64,000 bases of DNA from Myxococcota bacterium (GCA_039030515.1 JBCCEA010000010.1:66374-130373), one strand, 5' to 3'; shown: positions 9,537-19,644, numbered from the stretch's first letter. The notes: generated from the sequence alone by a model not told the origin. A program made the numbers and translations.

Positions 9537-10793
9537 CTAGCGTTGGGTCACTACAAAACGTCCCGCATCCGAGCGATACTCTATCGTACCGCCCTCGCCT
9601 CCACATCCCCAGCAGCTACTCCAATGCAGTTCCTGGTCGTAGCCCCTTGCAAAGGCGATCGCGACAGCGCTCTCGTCTTGATCGAGTACAAAACTGGCTC
9701 CGTGAACTAGTCGGCCATCGGGCAGGGGGTGCACTACCGCGATGAGGCCAGAACCCCCTGACCGTCCGGCCAGCACCCAGGATTGTGCTCCCGGTACCGG
9801 GAACCATTTCAAAAGACGGTCGTCCAGGAGTTCCCATCCACCAAGGGAATCTCTTGCCCGGTTTCCTCGGGCCAAAGCTCGATCCATGTCGGTACTGCTG
9901 TACGGGTAAAACTCGTCTGCGTAAGATTTTAGTTCAGGAACAGAGTTCAGGATTTGTCTTAAGCGAGACACATCTGCTTGAACGGGGTGATGAACTGATC
10001 GAGGGAGCGGCTCCGTCGGATATTCCAGGGCGGGAGCGGAGCCGCTGCAGCAGCGAAATCCCAGCCGATCGCTACTGGCATCCTCGGGAAATGCGCGACG
10101 AGAACCGCAACGATGTTGCGAGTCCGGTGCGTTGCGGTGGCCACCTCGAGCGATGCGTGCGGTTTCTGGCATCCCACGATTGGCTGGGCTGGAAGTCCAC
10201 TCTCTTGCCACGATACCCATGTGCGCGACTGAGAAAGGTGAAAGGCAACGGCGGGGTCGCTCGATACACGTGCTTCGATCGAAAGAGTCTCCTGACGGAA
10301 ACTGTTGCTCCGTGTCCCCTTTGCAGGCTCGCTCCCACTCGAGCTCTGTGCAGAGTCGCTTGCCAGATTCACTGCAGAGCTTTGCGGCTTCGATGTAGTT
10401 CACGCGGGTTTTTGGGCTTTTCGACGGATCGTTGGGGTAGGGCAGTCGGTCGATGAAAAAGGCAGGTACCTCAATTTCGACGAGATCCGCCTCAAAACGC
10501 GGCCTTCGTTCCGGTATGCCAGGTCGGGTGCCCGCGCGAACGATGCCGGAAGGCACGTGGAGATGTTCATCGCTACCTAAGGGTGCGGATGAAGCGGTAG
10601 GGGGCGCTGAGGTGTTCGGTGTTCGTGGTGTTGCGGTTTGAGAGGAGGGGGAGTGCGGGCGCTGTGGCGATGGTTGCACGGGTTCTTGCTCGGGTCTGCT
10701 CGATGCGTTCCTCGATTCCGGATCGGTGCAGTTCAGAAGCTGAAGCAAGGAGAAGCTTGCGACGACTAGGTGCCTTGATGCCACAGACGCCAC
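9537..10793 (-). CDS. Formylglycine-generating-enzyme (SUMF1/EgtB/PvdO-type) domain protein, probably exported
   Basis: FFIDRLPYPN, CSESGKRLCTELEWERAC, HMGIVAREWT, RGG, LGFRCC; hydrophobic N-terminus ending in Cys, then a Pro/Ser linker. Confidence 0.8.
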   Translation of the reverse strand: MASVASRHLVVASFSLLQLLNCTDPESRNASSRPEQEPVQPSPQRPHSPSSQTATPRTPNTSAPPTASSAPLGSDEHLHVPSGIVRAGTRPGIPERRPRFEADLVEIEVPAFFIDRLPYPNDPSKSPKTRVNYIEAAKLCSESGKRLCTELEWERACKGDTEQQFPSGDSFDRSTCIERPRRCLSPFSVAHMGIVAREWTSSPANRGMPETARIARGGHRNAPDSQHRCGSRRAFPEDASSDRLGFRCCSGSAPALEYPTEPLPRSVHHPVQADVSRLRQILNSVPELKSYADEFYPYSSTDMDRALARGNRARDSLGGWELLDDRLLKWFPVPGAQSWVLAGRSGGSGLIAVVHPLPDGRLVHGASFVLDQDESAVAIAFARGYDQELHWSSCWGCGGEGGTIEYRSDAGRFVVTQR

Positions 10794-10921
10794 CGTAACG
10801 GTGACTCCATGGTGGTCAACTTTTGAGTGGCCTGGCGTTCAGGTATCGCAGGTTCGGTTCACTGGAGATGTTCGACGGCCGACCATGAAGCACGAGGAAC
10901 GTTTGGGCTCCACGGTTTGAC

Positions 10922-10950
10922 TTGCAGTTGTCGTAAGAGGAGCACAAGCT
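10922..10950 (+). promoter_or_regulatory. Putative rnpB promoter TTGCAG-N17-CAAGCT with GC-rich discriminator
   Basis: Places the start site at about 10957, the 5' end of the RNase P RNA P1 stem. Confidence 0.4.
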
Positions 10951-10956
10951 CGCCCC

Positions 10957-11327
10957 GCCAGAAAGATACAAACGGTCGCTCGCGAAGCGGGAGGAAAGTC
11001 CGGGCTCCACAGGGCAGAGTGCCAGGTAACACCTGGTGGGGGCGACCCCAAGGAAAGTGCCACAGAAAAAAAACCGCCTCGGGGCATCGCGTCCCGCGGT
11101 AAGGGTGAAACGGCGAGGTAAGAGCTCACCGGGCTCTCGGTAACGAGAGTCGCAGGGTAAACCCCACTCGGAGCAAGACCAAATAGAGAAGCGATTGAGG
11201 ACGGCCCGTCCGAGCTTCCGGGTAGGGTCGCAACAGGCGTTCGGTGACGTGCGTCGCAGATGAATGGCCGTTTCTGAGGAACTGGAGACGGTCCTCAGTA
11301 CAGAACCCGGCTTACGGATCCTCTGGC
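10957..11327 (+). ncRNA. rnpB: RNase P RNA, bacterial class A
   Basis: Conserved motifs GAGGAAAGTCCGGGCTCC, AGTGCCACAGAAA, AAGGGTGAAACGG..GGTAAGAGC, GGTAAACCCC..GGAGCAAG, AGATGAATG and ACAGAACCCGGCTTA. 5' GCCAGA pairs with 3' TCTGGC. Confidence 0.98.
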
Positions 11328-11363
11328 CGAACGCCCTCCTGATGGGGGGCGTTCGCATTCTTT
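11328..11363 (+). terminator. Hairpin terminator downstream of rnpB
   Basis: CGAACGCCCTCC-TGAT-GGGGGGCGTTCG followed by CATTCTTT. Confidence 0.7.
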
Positions 11364-11399
11364 AATACGTTAGAATATCCGGCACGACGCCCTTGGAGT

Positions 11400-11951
11400 A
11401 TGCTTTCGAGGGTGTTGTTTGAGGATCAAGTTCAGCGGGATGTTCAGCGGGCCGTCGCTTTGGTGGAGCAGGCCCTACGTGCCCGAGGCAAAATACCCGA
11501 GCGATGTAGCGTTGAATCGGCTGCGGGGAGTTTTTGTTTTGCTTTGGATGCGGGACGGTCTGAGAACGGTTGCCGTGAGATCGAGCTAGAAGTGATCATA
11601 ACCGTTTCCCATCCAGCGCTTGATCCGGCGCCTTCTACGGAGCGATCGACGGGACAGATTCGAGTGACCTCCGTCGTGAGCTCGTTGCCGGAGGAACCTG
11701 AAGAACTCTGTCGCTACCTTCTCGAGAGAAACGCCGATTCCGCAATGGGCGCTGCATTTGGAATCGTCGATCGCGAAATAGTACTGCTAAGCGAACGATC
11801 CGTAGAGGATCTCGATCCTTCGGAGGTCGACGCGATATTGCAGAGCGTGGAGCGCCACGCCCTCGATTACGCAAAGAAACTCTCGACGTTGTTTGGCAGT
11901 AAGAAGCGCGAAGGCGGTTGCCCATCGAACGGAAGTTCGCCCAAGGCCTGA
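11400..11951 (+). CDS. YbjN/CesT-like (type III chaperone fold) protein
   Basis: ELCRYLLERNA...AAFGIVDREIVLLSERSVEDLDPSEV fits the YbjN/CesT pattern. Confidence 0.65.
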   Translation: MLSRVLFEDQVQRDVQRAVALVEQALRARGKIPERCSVESAAGSFCFALDAGRSENGCREIELEVIITVSHPALDPAPSTERSTGQIRVTSVVSSLPEEPEELCRYLLERNADSAMGAAFGIVDREIVLLSERSVEDLDPSEVDAILQSVERHALDYAKKLSTLFGSKKREGGCPSNGSSPKA

Positions 11952-12065
11952 GCATTCCTACAGAAATGTTGGTGCGAATGGGAACAATGGTCGCCAATTC
12001 ACCTTGAAAGTCGACCGGTGCGCGGACTAAATAGGAGCCCAACTGCTGCTACTGGAGGAAACCGC

Positions 12066-12320
12066 GTGAACGAGCTTGCCCGCTATCTGATCGAACACGC
12101 CTATCTCGATTTCGAGGGAGGTATCACTATCGAACAGGTACGGCAATATCTCCGAGAGGATGACAGTCGCGAAGCGCGAGCTTTGCTCTCTCGATTGATC
12201 GAAGATGACGGAGTTGACGACCTAATGGTAACCGTTGCCGATTGTCTCCGTGAGTACATCCGCTCAGGAATCAACGAAAGCGTCGTCAAGGATCAGCTGG
12301 TGAGTTACAGCGAGTCTTGA
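12066..12320 (+). CDS. Small acidic helical hypothetical protein
   Basis: GGAGG RBS before GTG 12066; protein-like composition (MNELARYLIEHAYLDF...). Confidence 0.7.
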   Translation: MNELARYLIEHAYLDFEGGITIEQVRQYLREDDSREARALLSRLIEDDGVDDLMVTVADCLREYIRSGINESVVKDQLVSYSES

Positions 12321-12345
12321 AAGACTGAGGTCGGAAGGTTTCGAG

Positions 12346-12975
12346 ATGACGAACATGGTCCACGGTGTGCCTCCGAGGGCCAACGCGAGTCCTCCTTGCG
12401 ATTCGTCTCTTGGGGTTCACGTCTCGGAGTCTCGACCGCGAGCAAAAGCGGCACGCCTTTGCACCAAGGGAGTACATGTCTCGTGCTTCCTTTTGGTAGC
12501 GATAGCCATTGGCAGCGTTTCCTTGAACTCAGCGGCGGGTACTGAAGTGGGTACTCCAGCCCCAGAGATCGGCTTGCCGAGTTTCGAGGGAGATCAAATT
12601 CAGCTTGGCTTGCTTCGCGGCAAGGTGCTCATGATCGATTTCTGGGCCTCTTGGTGCACACCGTGTGCAGACGCAATCCCGTTTCTACAGCGTCTCTACG
12701 ACGGCTACCGGGACCAAGGATTCGTAGTCGTAGGAATTAGTGTCGACAGGTCGATGCAGAGCGCACGTCGTTTTGCTCTGAAGACAGGAGCTGCTTTTCC
12801 GCTGGTTCACGACTCCGACGGGTGGGCCGTCTCTCGCTACAATCCACCCCGTATGCCGACCACCTACTTTGTGGATCGAAGAGGTATCGTTCGTTATGTC
12901 CACAAGGGGTTTGAGGCACACGATGAAGATCAGATAGAGGGCCTATTGAGGCAGCTGTTGGCGGAACATCCTTGA
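12346..12975 (+). CDS. TlpA/ResA-family thiol-disulfide oxidoreductase
   Basis: GKVLMIDFWASWCTPC, MPTTYFVDRRG; N-terminal hydrophobic anchor. Start uncertain. Confidence 0.9.
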   Translation: MTNMVHGVPPRANASPPCDSSLGVHVSESRPRAKAARLCTKGVHVSCFLLVAIAIGSVSLNSAAGTEVGTPAPEIGLPSFEGDQIQLGLLRGKVLMIDFWASWCTPCADAIPFLQRLYDGYRDQGFVVVGISVDRSMQSARRFALKTGAAFPLVHDSDGWAVSRYNPPRMPTTYFVDRRGIVRYVHKGFEAHDEDQIEGLLRQLLAEHP

Positions 12976-13058
12976 GGGCATCCCTGCGGTCTGCGCCGTA
13001 TCGAATCCGGAGCCGTGCTTCATCTTGCGTGATGCGAGATTCTCGGTACTGCCGAGTC

Positions 13059-14561
13059 CTAGTCGCTGCGTCGCATCCTGAGGTCCAGGAGAAATCTTGA
13101 AAGTTGACGCGCGACGTAGGCGACAATCTCCTCATCTTCCTTGGTAAATTTCTTGGATTCCGAGGTTCGGTTGAGGAGTTGGAGCATACCCAGTAGCTGT
13201 CCGTGTCGCACGAGCGGTCCATAAATCAGGCCTTGGATCTCTAAATCCGCAAGGCCATCTATTTCAGGATCGAACACCGAGCTCTTTGCGCAATCGTCGA
13301 CTCGAACGATCGATTCCTGGCTCCTTGTGACTTCACCCAACATACCTCGTATCGCTGGAATCGTCGTGGCCTGCCTCTGCTCTGCTGCATGGCCGGTCAC
13401 GACAACAACGCGGAACGCGTCGAGATCGATGTCGTAAAGACTTGCACAAAACGCCTCGCACGGAGTGAGTTCCGTTAGCAGTCTTTGAACGAACTGGAAG
13501 CCTTCGATCGGCGTATCCAGGAAGAGAAGATCCCGGCACGCCTCGAAAGCATCTGCAAGGCGTGTGTCCATTTCCTCTGGGTCTGTTCCCAGAGTGTTTT
13601 TGCGAGATTCACCAAGGTCTTTGGGGGTAGTACGTCGCGCCGGAAATGTGAGCACCGGCTCGTCCAACCAGTCTTTCCACTGAAGCGTGACCAAAGGAGG
13701 ACGGTCCGGGGAGACATCCCAAACATGGTCAAATAGGGCTAAATTGAACAATTTTCCGTGTGAACGTTCCGCCACTTCCGACTTGAGATGTTGGAACCTA
13801 TCTCTCAGCAAAGACTCTGCTTCGGACTGTTTTGAGGGTTCCAGTGCATATACACGCTCTCGATAGAGCAGTGGATTTTCGGTATCCGGCTCGACGTCGC
13901 GTGAGCCGATGAGTTTGAGGTGTTCCGGTAGTCTATCCCGATCCATCCTGCCGTGGTCGAGGGTGTCCTCGTGGCTGAAGGAGTCATCCGAGGCGTTCTT
14001 GTCGGTCGCGGTATTCAGCTGCCTCGTCTGATGTTCGGTGTCTGGGGTCGATTTATCCGAAGCTACGGCGCGCATGCTGGCCGCATTTCCAACGAGTTTC
14101 AGAGTGGCATCGCTCTTTTGGGTCTCATCTGAAATGTCCGTAGCGGACCGCCTGGAATCGTTCTCATCGTCGGACACCAAGTCTTCACCGGGCGGCGCAG
14201 AATCGCTTACGCCGAAATCCGGTGGTGCGTCCTCGCTCGACTTCTGAGCGTCTTCATCTGAACTCGAAGAGGATTCGCCTGCGGAGGACGCAAACGCGTC
14301 CTGCTGGACGGCGTCGGGAGTCTCAAATTCCTTTGACGGCTCGAGCAAATAGGTCCGTCGCTCCAAAGGATCGTGGACCGTCACGTCGCCATTGGGAGCG
14401 ATGGCGCAGCTCGCTCCTTTCGGAATATCTCCGTGCTCACCGAGCTGATCGCGTCCCAGCCGCAGGGCGTCCATCCAGTTTTTCGCTGAAATCGTAGTCT
14501 CAGCGATGGTTTCGGTAGCGCCTAGCTCTCGTACGGAAAGTTGCCAGCGTTTGGTTTCCAC
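13059..14561 (-). CDS. GAF-domain protein with acidic low-complexity linker
   Basis: C-terminal GAF (ASLYDID...PLVRHGQLLGMLQLLNR...FTKEDEE). GAGGA RBS before GTG 14561 (ORF track starts at 14861). Confidence 0.75.
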   Translation of the reverse strand: METKRWQLSVRELGATETIAETTISAKNWMDALRLGRDQLGEHGDIPKGASCAIAPNGDVTVHDPLERRTYLLEPSKEFETPDAVQQDAFASSAGESSSSSDEDAQKSSEDAPPDFGVSDSAPPGEDLVSDDENDSRRSATDISDETQKSDATLKLVGNAASMRAVASDKSTPDTEHQTRQLNTATDKNASDDSFSHEDTLDHGRMDRDRLPEHLKLIGSRDVEPDTENPLLYRERVYALEPSKQSEAESLLRDRFQHLKSEVAERSHGKLFNLALFDHVWDVSPDRPPLVTLQWKDWLDEPVLTFPARRTTPKDLGESRKNTLGTDPEEMDTRLADAFEACRDLLFLDTPIEGFQFVQRLLTELTPCEAFCASLYDIDLDAFRVVVVTGHAAEQRQATTIPAIRGMLGEVTRSQESIVRVDDCAKSSVFDPEIDGLADLEIQGLIYGPLVRHGQLLGMLQLLNRTSESKKFTKEDEEIVAYVARQLSRFLLDLRMRRSD

Positions 14562-14836
14562 GACTTCCTCAGCGCCTGGGTTCTCGTTACAGGAATAAAA
14601 AAAGAAACTGATACATGAGTGTCCTGAAGGGTCAAGCCGCGGTTTGCGGCAGGTGGGACCTGATGTATATCCATGCGTACCGGGGTCAATTCCCCAGGAT
14701 GCTCGCGGTCCAAATGCTAAAGATCGGCTCTGTGAGAGGGCCAGTTCCAACGTCGAAGACTCACAAGATGCTCGGCTCTGAATGGTATTCGCTAAAGCGC
14801 CGTGATGCGTCGCATCAGTCTGGGGCACACTGAGGA

Positions 14837-15514
14837 ATGTGGATTCTGGTCGTTGGGCCAAAAGCGCAGCTGGGCCGGCCTACAGGAGCCGTGGCATGTC
14901 TTACCGGTTTGGGCTGTCGGGTTGAGTCAGCGGATCTCTGGGACCCCCTAGATGAATCACGTCTTAGCAAGACTCCACCGAACATGATGCTCATCGAAGC
15001 AGTGGAAGAAGTAGACGCTGGTAGGGCCGCACTACAGCGATTGCGCGCCTCACCCGCACTCACACAAGTGCCTGCCCTCATCTCTGTTTCCGTACCGGCA
15101 CTGCCTCGGCTGACTCCTGGGGATGGATTCGATGATTTCGTCCTAGTGCCCTACGTGCCGACCGAGCTCTACATGAGAATTCGAAGGGCGGATTGGAAGA
15201 GAAGCGAATTTGATGGTGAAGAACTCCTGAAGATGGGAGCGCTTTGCATCGATCTCGCGGCACATGAAGTGGTTGTGGATGATCGTCCCGTGGAGTTGAC
15301 CCACCAAGAGTTCGAGCTTTTGCGTTTCCTGTGTCAAAATAGAGGGCGCGTTTTTACACGTCACCAGCTACTTGAACGGGTTTGGGGGGTGGACTACTAC
15401 GGAGGTAGCAGAACCGTTGATATTCATGTGCGGCGACTTCGATCGAAGCTCGGTCCGTCGCTTTCGAGCCTAAAAACGGTGCGTGGCGTCGGTTACAAGA
15501 TCAAGGTTCCATGA
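14837..15514 (+). CDS. OmpR/PhoB-family winged-helix regulator with atypical receiver domain (GlnR-like)
   Basis: LTHQEFELLRFL, RVFTRHQLLERVWG, SRTVDIHVRRLRSKL, TVRGVGY; receiver lacks the canonical Asp and Lys. Confidence 0.9.
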   Translation: MWILVVGPKAQLGRPTGAVACLTGLGCRVESADLWDPLDESRLSKTPPNMMLIEAVEEVDAGRAALQRLRASPALTQVPALISVSVPALPRLTPGDGFDDFVLVPYVPTELYMRIRRADWKRSEFDGEELLKMGALCIDLAAHEVVVDDRPVELTHQEFELLRFLCQNRGRVFTRHQLLERVWGVDYYGGSRTVDIHVRRLRSKLGPSLSSLKTVRGVGYKIKVP

Positions 15515-16572
15515 AGCCACTCGCTGTTTCAGTGGGCGACCCCGCAGGAGTCGGTCCCGAGGTCGCTGTACAGGCGGCTATCGAGTGCGGAGCTGACGAC
15601 CGTATCGTTCTTTTCGGTGACGGAGAGCGGCTCAAGGATATGCTGCGGCAAAAGAAGACCTCTTGCCGGGTTCATGCCCTCACTTCGGATTCGGCAAATG
15701 CTCTGCCACTAGGAGACATCGGTCTCGTGCATGTTTCCGACTGGAGCGATTCCATGGTGCTGGCTCGGTCTCCCACGGTGTCCGGAGGAAAGGCACAGCT
15801 GGACATGCTGAACGCCGCTATCGAATCTGTCACCCAAGGTCATGCTCGGGCGCTGGTTACCGGGCCGACGAGCAAGCGTGCGATCGAGCTGGCGGGCACT
15901 CCGTTCACCGGGCAAACCGAACATTTGGCACGTGCTGCCCTCCAGCCTCCAGATTCGGTGACGATGATGTTCCTGGGACCTCGTTTGCGGGTCGCGCTGG
16001 TCACGACGCATCTTGCGATCTCGTCGCTCCCAGGCTCCATTACCGCAGATAAAGTGCAGCGGACGGTGCGGCACCTGTCCGAGGTGTTGTCGTTGTTACG
16101 TATCGATGCTGAATGCGGTCCATCAAACCTCGAGTCTTTCAAATCACTCGTTGTGGAGGTGGCGGGATTGAATCCCCATGCAGGGGAACACGGTCTTTTT
16201 GGCAGTGAGGAACTCGAAGTCATCGAGCCTGCGCTTGAAGGTCTCCGTGACGAGCCCTTGTTTTCTGGACCTGAGGCGGAGGTGATTCTTCGCGGTCCAT
16301 CTCCATCCGAGTCCGTATTTCGCGCTGCCGCGGCCGGTCGTCTCGACGGCGTTGTGGCCATGATGCACGATCAGGCGACCATTGCGAGCAAGCTTCTCGA
16401 TTGGGGATCTGCCGTAAACGTGACCTGGGGACTGCCCTTTGTGCGCACAAGCGTGGACCACGGTGTCGCGTACGAGGCTGCAGCCAACGGAACGGCCGAA
16501 GCCGATGGAATGAAGGCAGCGCTGGCTCTAGCCCAACGCCTTACCCTGGATCGGTGTCCCACCAAGTCATGA
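15511..16572 (+). CDS. pdxA: 4-hydroxythreonine-4-phosphate dehydrogenase
   Basis: GDPAGVGPE, TTH, GLNPHAGE, MHDQ, VNVTWGLPFVRTSVDHG. Confidence 0.92.
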   Translation: MKPLAVSVGDPAGVGPEVAVQAAIECGADDRIVLFGDGERLKDMLRQKKTSCRVHALTSDSANALPLGDIGLVHVSDWSDSMVLARSPTVSGGKAQLDMLNAAIESVTQGHARALVTGPTSKRAIELAGTPFTGQTEHLARAALQPPDSVTMMFLGPRLRVALVTTHLAISSLPGSITADKVQRTVRHLSEVLSLLRIDAECGPSNLESFKSLVVEVAGLNPHAGEHGLFGSEELEVIEPALEGLRDEPLFSGPEAEVILRGPSPSESVFRAAAAGRLDGVVAMMHDQATIASKLLDWGSAVNVTWGLPFVRTSVDHGVAYEAAANGTAEADGMKAALALAQRLTLDRCPTKS

Positions 16573-16612
16573 TCGCATCGGGACGAACCGAGCTTGGGAC
16601 TACGGGCCGAGG

Positions 16613-19423
16613 ATGACCGACGCTCCGAGCAAGCTTACGATTCGTGGCGCACGCACCCACAACCTAGCGGACATTACCGTTGCGCTGCCTCGCAATCGTC
16701 TTTCGGTGGTTACGGGGCCCAGTGGGTCGGGTAAATCCTCCCTTGTATTTCACACTATTTACGCAGAAAGTCAGCGGAGGTATATCGAAGCCCTTAGCAG
16801 TTTTGCGAGGCAGTTTCTCGATCGCCTGCCCCGTCCGGATGTCGATCTCATCGAGGGTCTATCGCCCGCCATCTGTGTTCGTCAGCAGGTGCCGGGCAGA
16901 AGTCCAAGGTCGACGGTGGGCACGGCGACCGAGGTGTACGACTACCTCAGGCTACTGTATGCAAGGGTAGGCCAAGCGTTTTGTCCCACCTGCGGCAGGG
17001 AGGTTCGTTCGTTTTCGCCTCAGCAAGTGGCCGAAGAAGTGCTCACTCAGACCGCAGGTCAGAGATTTTCTGTGCTTGCGCCCCTTGGAAGTCGAAATCA
17101 GCAAGAGATTAAGTCTGATCTGAAGCGGTTGCGAAAAGAGGGGTTTGTACGCGTTCTGATCGATGGCTGCGTACGTGACCTCGGTCGAGATGTCCATTTG
17201 GGAGCGTCATCTCGGCATGAGCTGGAAGTGGTGATCGACCGATTGTCGGTGTCTGATGGAGCGCGTCGACGCTTGACCGAGGCAGTGGAGCTTGCGTACG
17301 CGCAATCCCAGGGTCGCTGCAAAGTGGCCTTTCGCGAAGGTGATTCCCAAATTTACTCAGAAGGCTATGCGTGTGCGGAACATGGCCCCGTACTGCCAGA
17401 GCTCTCGCCCAGACTGTTTTCATTTAACGACCGCCTCGGCGCATGCGACGCTTGTGCCGGGCTTGGACGTCGTCGCGAGTTCTGCATCGAGTCCGTAATA
17501 CCCGACGAATCACGCTCGCTTGCCGCGGGAGCTGTGGTTCCCTGGGGCACCCCCAGCGGCTCCTTCTATAAGCAGATGCTGAAGTCGATGGAGGCGTCGA
17601 TTAAGGTCAATCTGGATCAGCCCTTCAATCAACTCTCTGCAGATGAGCGCGCACTGGTGCTCCATGGGAATCCGCGTTTTGAGGGGGTGCTTCCGGGCCT
17701 TCATCGCCGGCTCAGGGATTACGAACAGAAGAAGCGACGAGAAGGAGCCGGTGAAGAGGAGGTATTTGAGTACTTGGAAGCTGAGTTGGGTCAGTACAGC
17801 GTTTGGACAGAATGCAGCGTTTGTCACGGGAGCCGGCTTGGGGTTGCTGCCCAGTCGGTTCGGGTTCAGGGGATGACAATCGCCGCCGCTTGTCGTCTCT
17901 CCTTGCGCGAGCTTCTAGAGTTCCTCGGATCTCTTTCCTTGAATGGCATTCGTGCACAGATCGCTGAACGTATCGTTAGGGAACTTGCCGATCGGTTGCG
18001 GTTTTTGGAGGACGTCGGGGTAGGCTACTTGTCGCTCGACCGGTCGATCGCCTCGCTTTCAAGTGGGGAGAGTCAACGGGTGCGTCTTGCTACTCAAATC
18101 GGGGCCTCCTTTGTGGGCGCCCTCTACGTGCTCGATGAGCCTTCCGCGGGGCTACATCCACGCGATATGCAACGATTGTGGCAAACGCTGCTGCGATTGC
18201 GAGACCGAGGCAATACGGTCTTGGTTGTAGAGCACGATGAAACTGCCATTCGGGCCGCCGACCACATCGTGGATATGGGTCCCGGAGCGGGAAGTGAAGG
18301 CGGGCGAATCGTGGCTCAAGGTGTGCCCAAGGATGTGGCAGCTTCTGTCGGCTCGCCCACGGGTGATTTTCTTGCGGGAAGGCGGTCTATTGCCGTACCC
18401 GAGCAGCTTCGCGTAGCCAAAGAACATATCCAGATCGTTTCGGCGTCAACCCACAATTTACGTGAGGTGAACGTCCGCATTCCGATCGGCTGTCTGACCT
18501 GCGTCACCGGAGTGAGCGGTAGTGGAAAGTCGTCTCTGGTCATGAATACGCTTGTGCCAGCCGTCCGCTCCGTGACCTCTGGGAAGCCTCTTTCTTCAAT
18601 ATCGGATTCAGTCAAAGGCTTGGAGTCGATAAAAAAAATCATTGAAGTGACCCAAGACCCCATAGGGCGTACGCCACGCAGCAGCCCAGCCACGTTTATG
18701 GGGTTTTTTGACCAGCTTCGTCGCCTGTTCGCCAGCCTCCCCGATGCGAAGCAGAGAGGATACAAAGCTGGACGATTTAGTTTTAATGTAAAGGGAGGGC
18801 GCTGCGAGCAGTGCCTCGGTGAGGGCGTGGTGCGCGTTCAGATGCACTTTCTCCCAGACGTTTATGTTCGTTGCGATACGTGTGGCGGATCAAGATACAA
18901 CCGCGAAACTCTCGAGGTGCGGTATCGCGGTCACAGCATCGCCGACATACTTGCACTCGACGCGCTCGCGGCCCGTCCAATTTTCGAGCGAGTGCCCTCT
19001 TTGGTTCGGCCTCTTGATGCTTTGGTTTCGGTCGGACTCGGCTACCTAGAACTGGGGCGCAGTGCGACCACCCTTTCGGGAGGAGAGAGTCAGCGTCTAA
19101 AGCTCGCAAAAGAACTGGGGCGCAAGACGAACGATCCCACTCTTTATGTCCTCGACGAACCCACTGCCGGCCTTCATTTGGCGGACGTGGAACTTCTGGT
19201 CGGCATAGTGCACCAACTGGTGGATGCCGGTCACACCGTAGTCGTAGTGGAGCATCACTTGGAGGTAATCAAGAACGCAGATTGGGTGATCGACCTGGGG
19301 CCGGAGGCTGGCGACCGCGGTGGTACTGTGATTTGTGCTGGCACGCCTCAAGAAGTGGCTCAGCACGAAGGTTCCCATACCGGTCAGTTTCTGCGCAGTC
19401 GACTCAGGATGCAGGGGTCGTAA
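16613..19423 (+). CDS. uvrA: Excinuclease ABC subunit A
   Basis: GARTHNL, two Walker A motifs (GPSGSGKSS, GVSGSGKSS), YAESQRRYIE, FSFNVKGGRC zinc finger, LSGGESQRLKLA. Confidence 0.97.
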   Translation: MTDAPSKLTIRGARTHNLADITVALPRNRLSVVTGPSGSGKSSLVFHTIYAESQRRYIEALSSFARQFLDRLPRPDVDLIEGLSPAICVRQQVPGRSPRSTVGTATEVYDYLRLLYARVGQAFCPTCGREVRSFSPQQVAEEVLTQTAGQRFSVLAPLGSRNQQEIKSDLKRLRKEGFVRVLIDGCVRDLGRDVHLGASSRHELEVVIDRLSVSDGARRRLTEAVELAYAQSQGRCKVAFREGDSQIYSEGYACAEHGPVLPELSPRLFSFNDRLGACDACAGLGRRREFCIESVIPDESRSLAAGAVVPWGTPSGSFYKQMLKSMEASIKVNLDQPFNQLSADERALVLHGNPRFEGVLPGLHRRLRDYEQKKRREGAGEEEVFEYLEAELGQYSVWTECSVCHGSRLGVAAQSVRVQGMTIAAACRLSLRELLEFLGSLSLNGIRAQIAERIVRELADRLRFLEDVGVGYLSLDRSIASLSSGESQRVRLATQIGASFVGALYVLDEPSAGLHPRDMQRLWQTLLRLRDRGNTVLVVEHDETAIRAADHIVDMGPGAGSEGGRIVAQGVPKDVAASVGSPTGDFLAGRRSIAVPEQLRVAKEHIQIVSASTHNLREVNVRIPIGCLTCVTGVSGSGKSSLVMNTLVPAVRSVTSGKPLSSISDSVKGLESIKKIIEVTQDPIGRTPRSSPATFMGFFDQLRRLFASLPDAKQRGYKAGRFSFNVKGGRCEQCLGEGVVRVQMHFLPDVYVRCDTCGGSRYNRETLEVRYRGHSIADILALDALAARPIFERVPSLVRPLDALVSVGLGYLELGRSATTLSGGESQRLKLAKELGRKTNDPTLYVLDEPTAGLHLADVELLVGIVHQLVDAGHTVVVVEHHLEVIKNADWVIDLGPEAGDRGGTVICAGTPQEVAQHEGSHTGQFLRSRLRMQGS

Positions 19424-19586
19424 ACTAGGTCGGCTAATTCGACCGATGTCTGTGAGGCACATGTCCGGAAAGGCAATCGTGCACGCGGTTTGCGAATATC
19501 ACGGTTCGGAGAGGCCGCGGCGTGGCGACCGAATCGCGAGGAGGCGTGTGGATTACGGTCCGGGAACCGTTCAAGTCCTCAAAGGT

Positions 19587-19644
19587 TCATTAATGGCTCC
19601 GACTCATTAATAATTTGACCCTCGCAGTTCCAATTCCCTAGTCT
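19587..19644 (+). promoter_or_regulatory. Promoter TTGACC-N18-TAGTCT preceded by direct repeat TCATTAAT x2
   Basis: -35 at 19615-19620 and -10 at 19639-19644. TCATTAAT occurs at 19587-19594 and 19604-19611. Confidence 0.55.

Noticed and set aside
10816..11358. 180-aa minus-strand ORF and overlapping short ORFs
   Set aside because: They overlap the RNase P RNA gene and have no protein-like features.
14562..14861. N-terminal 100 aa of the 600-aa GAF ORF in the track
   Set aside because: It overlaps the divergent regulator's start and intergenic control region. An RBS supports GTG 14561.
15900..15930. PdxA motif GQTE instead of GHTE, as a sign of altered function
   Set aside because: All metal-binding His residues and the Lys/Asn/Arg motifs are intact; one substitution is too little evidence.
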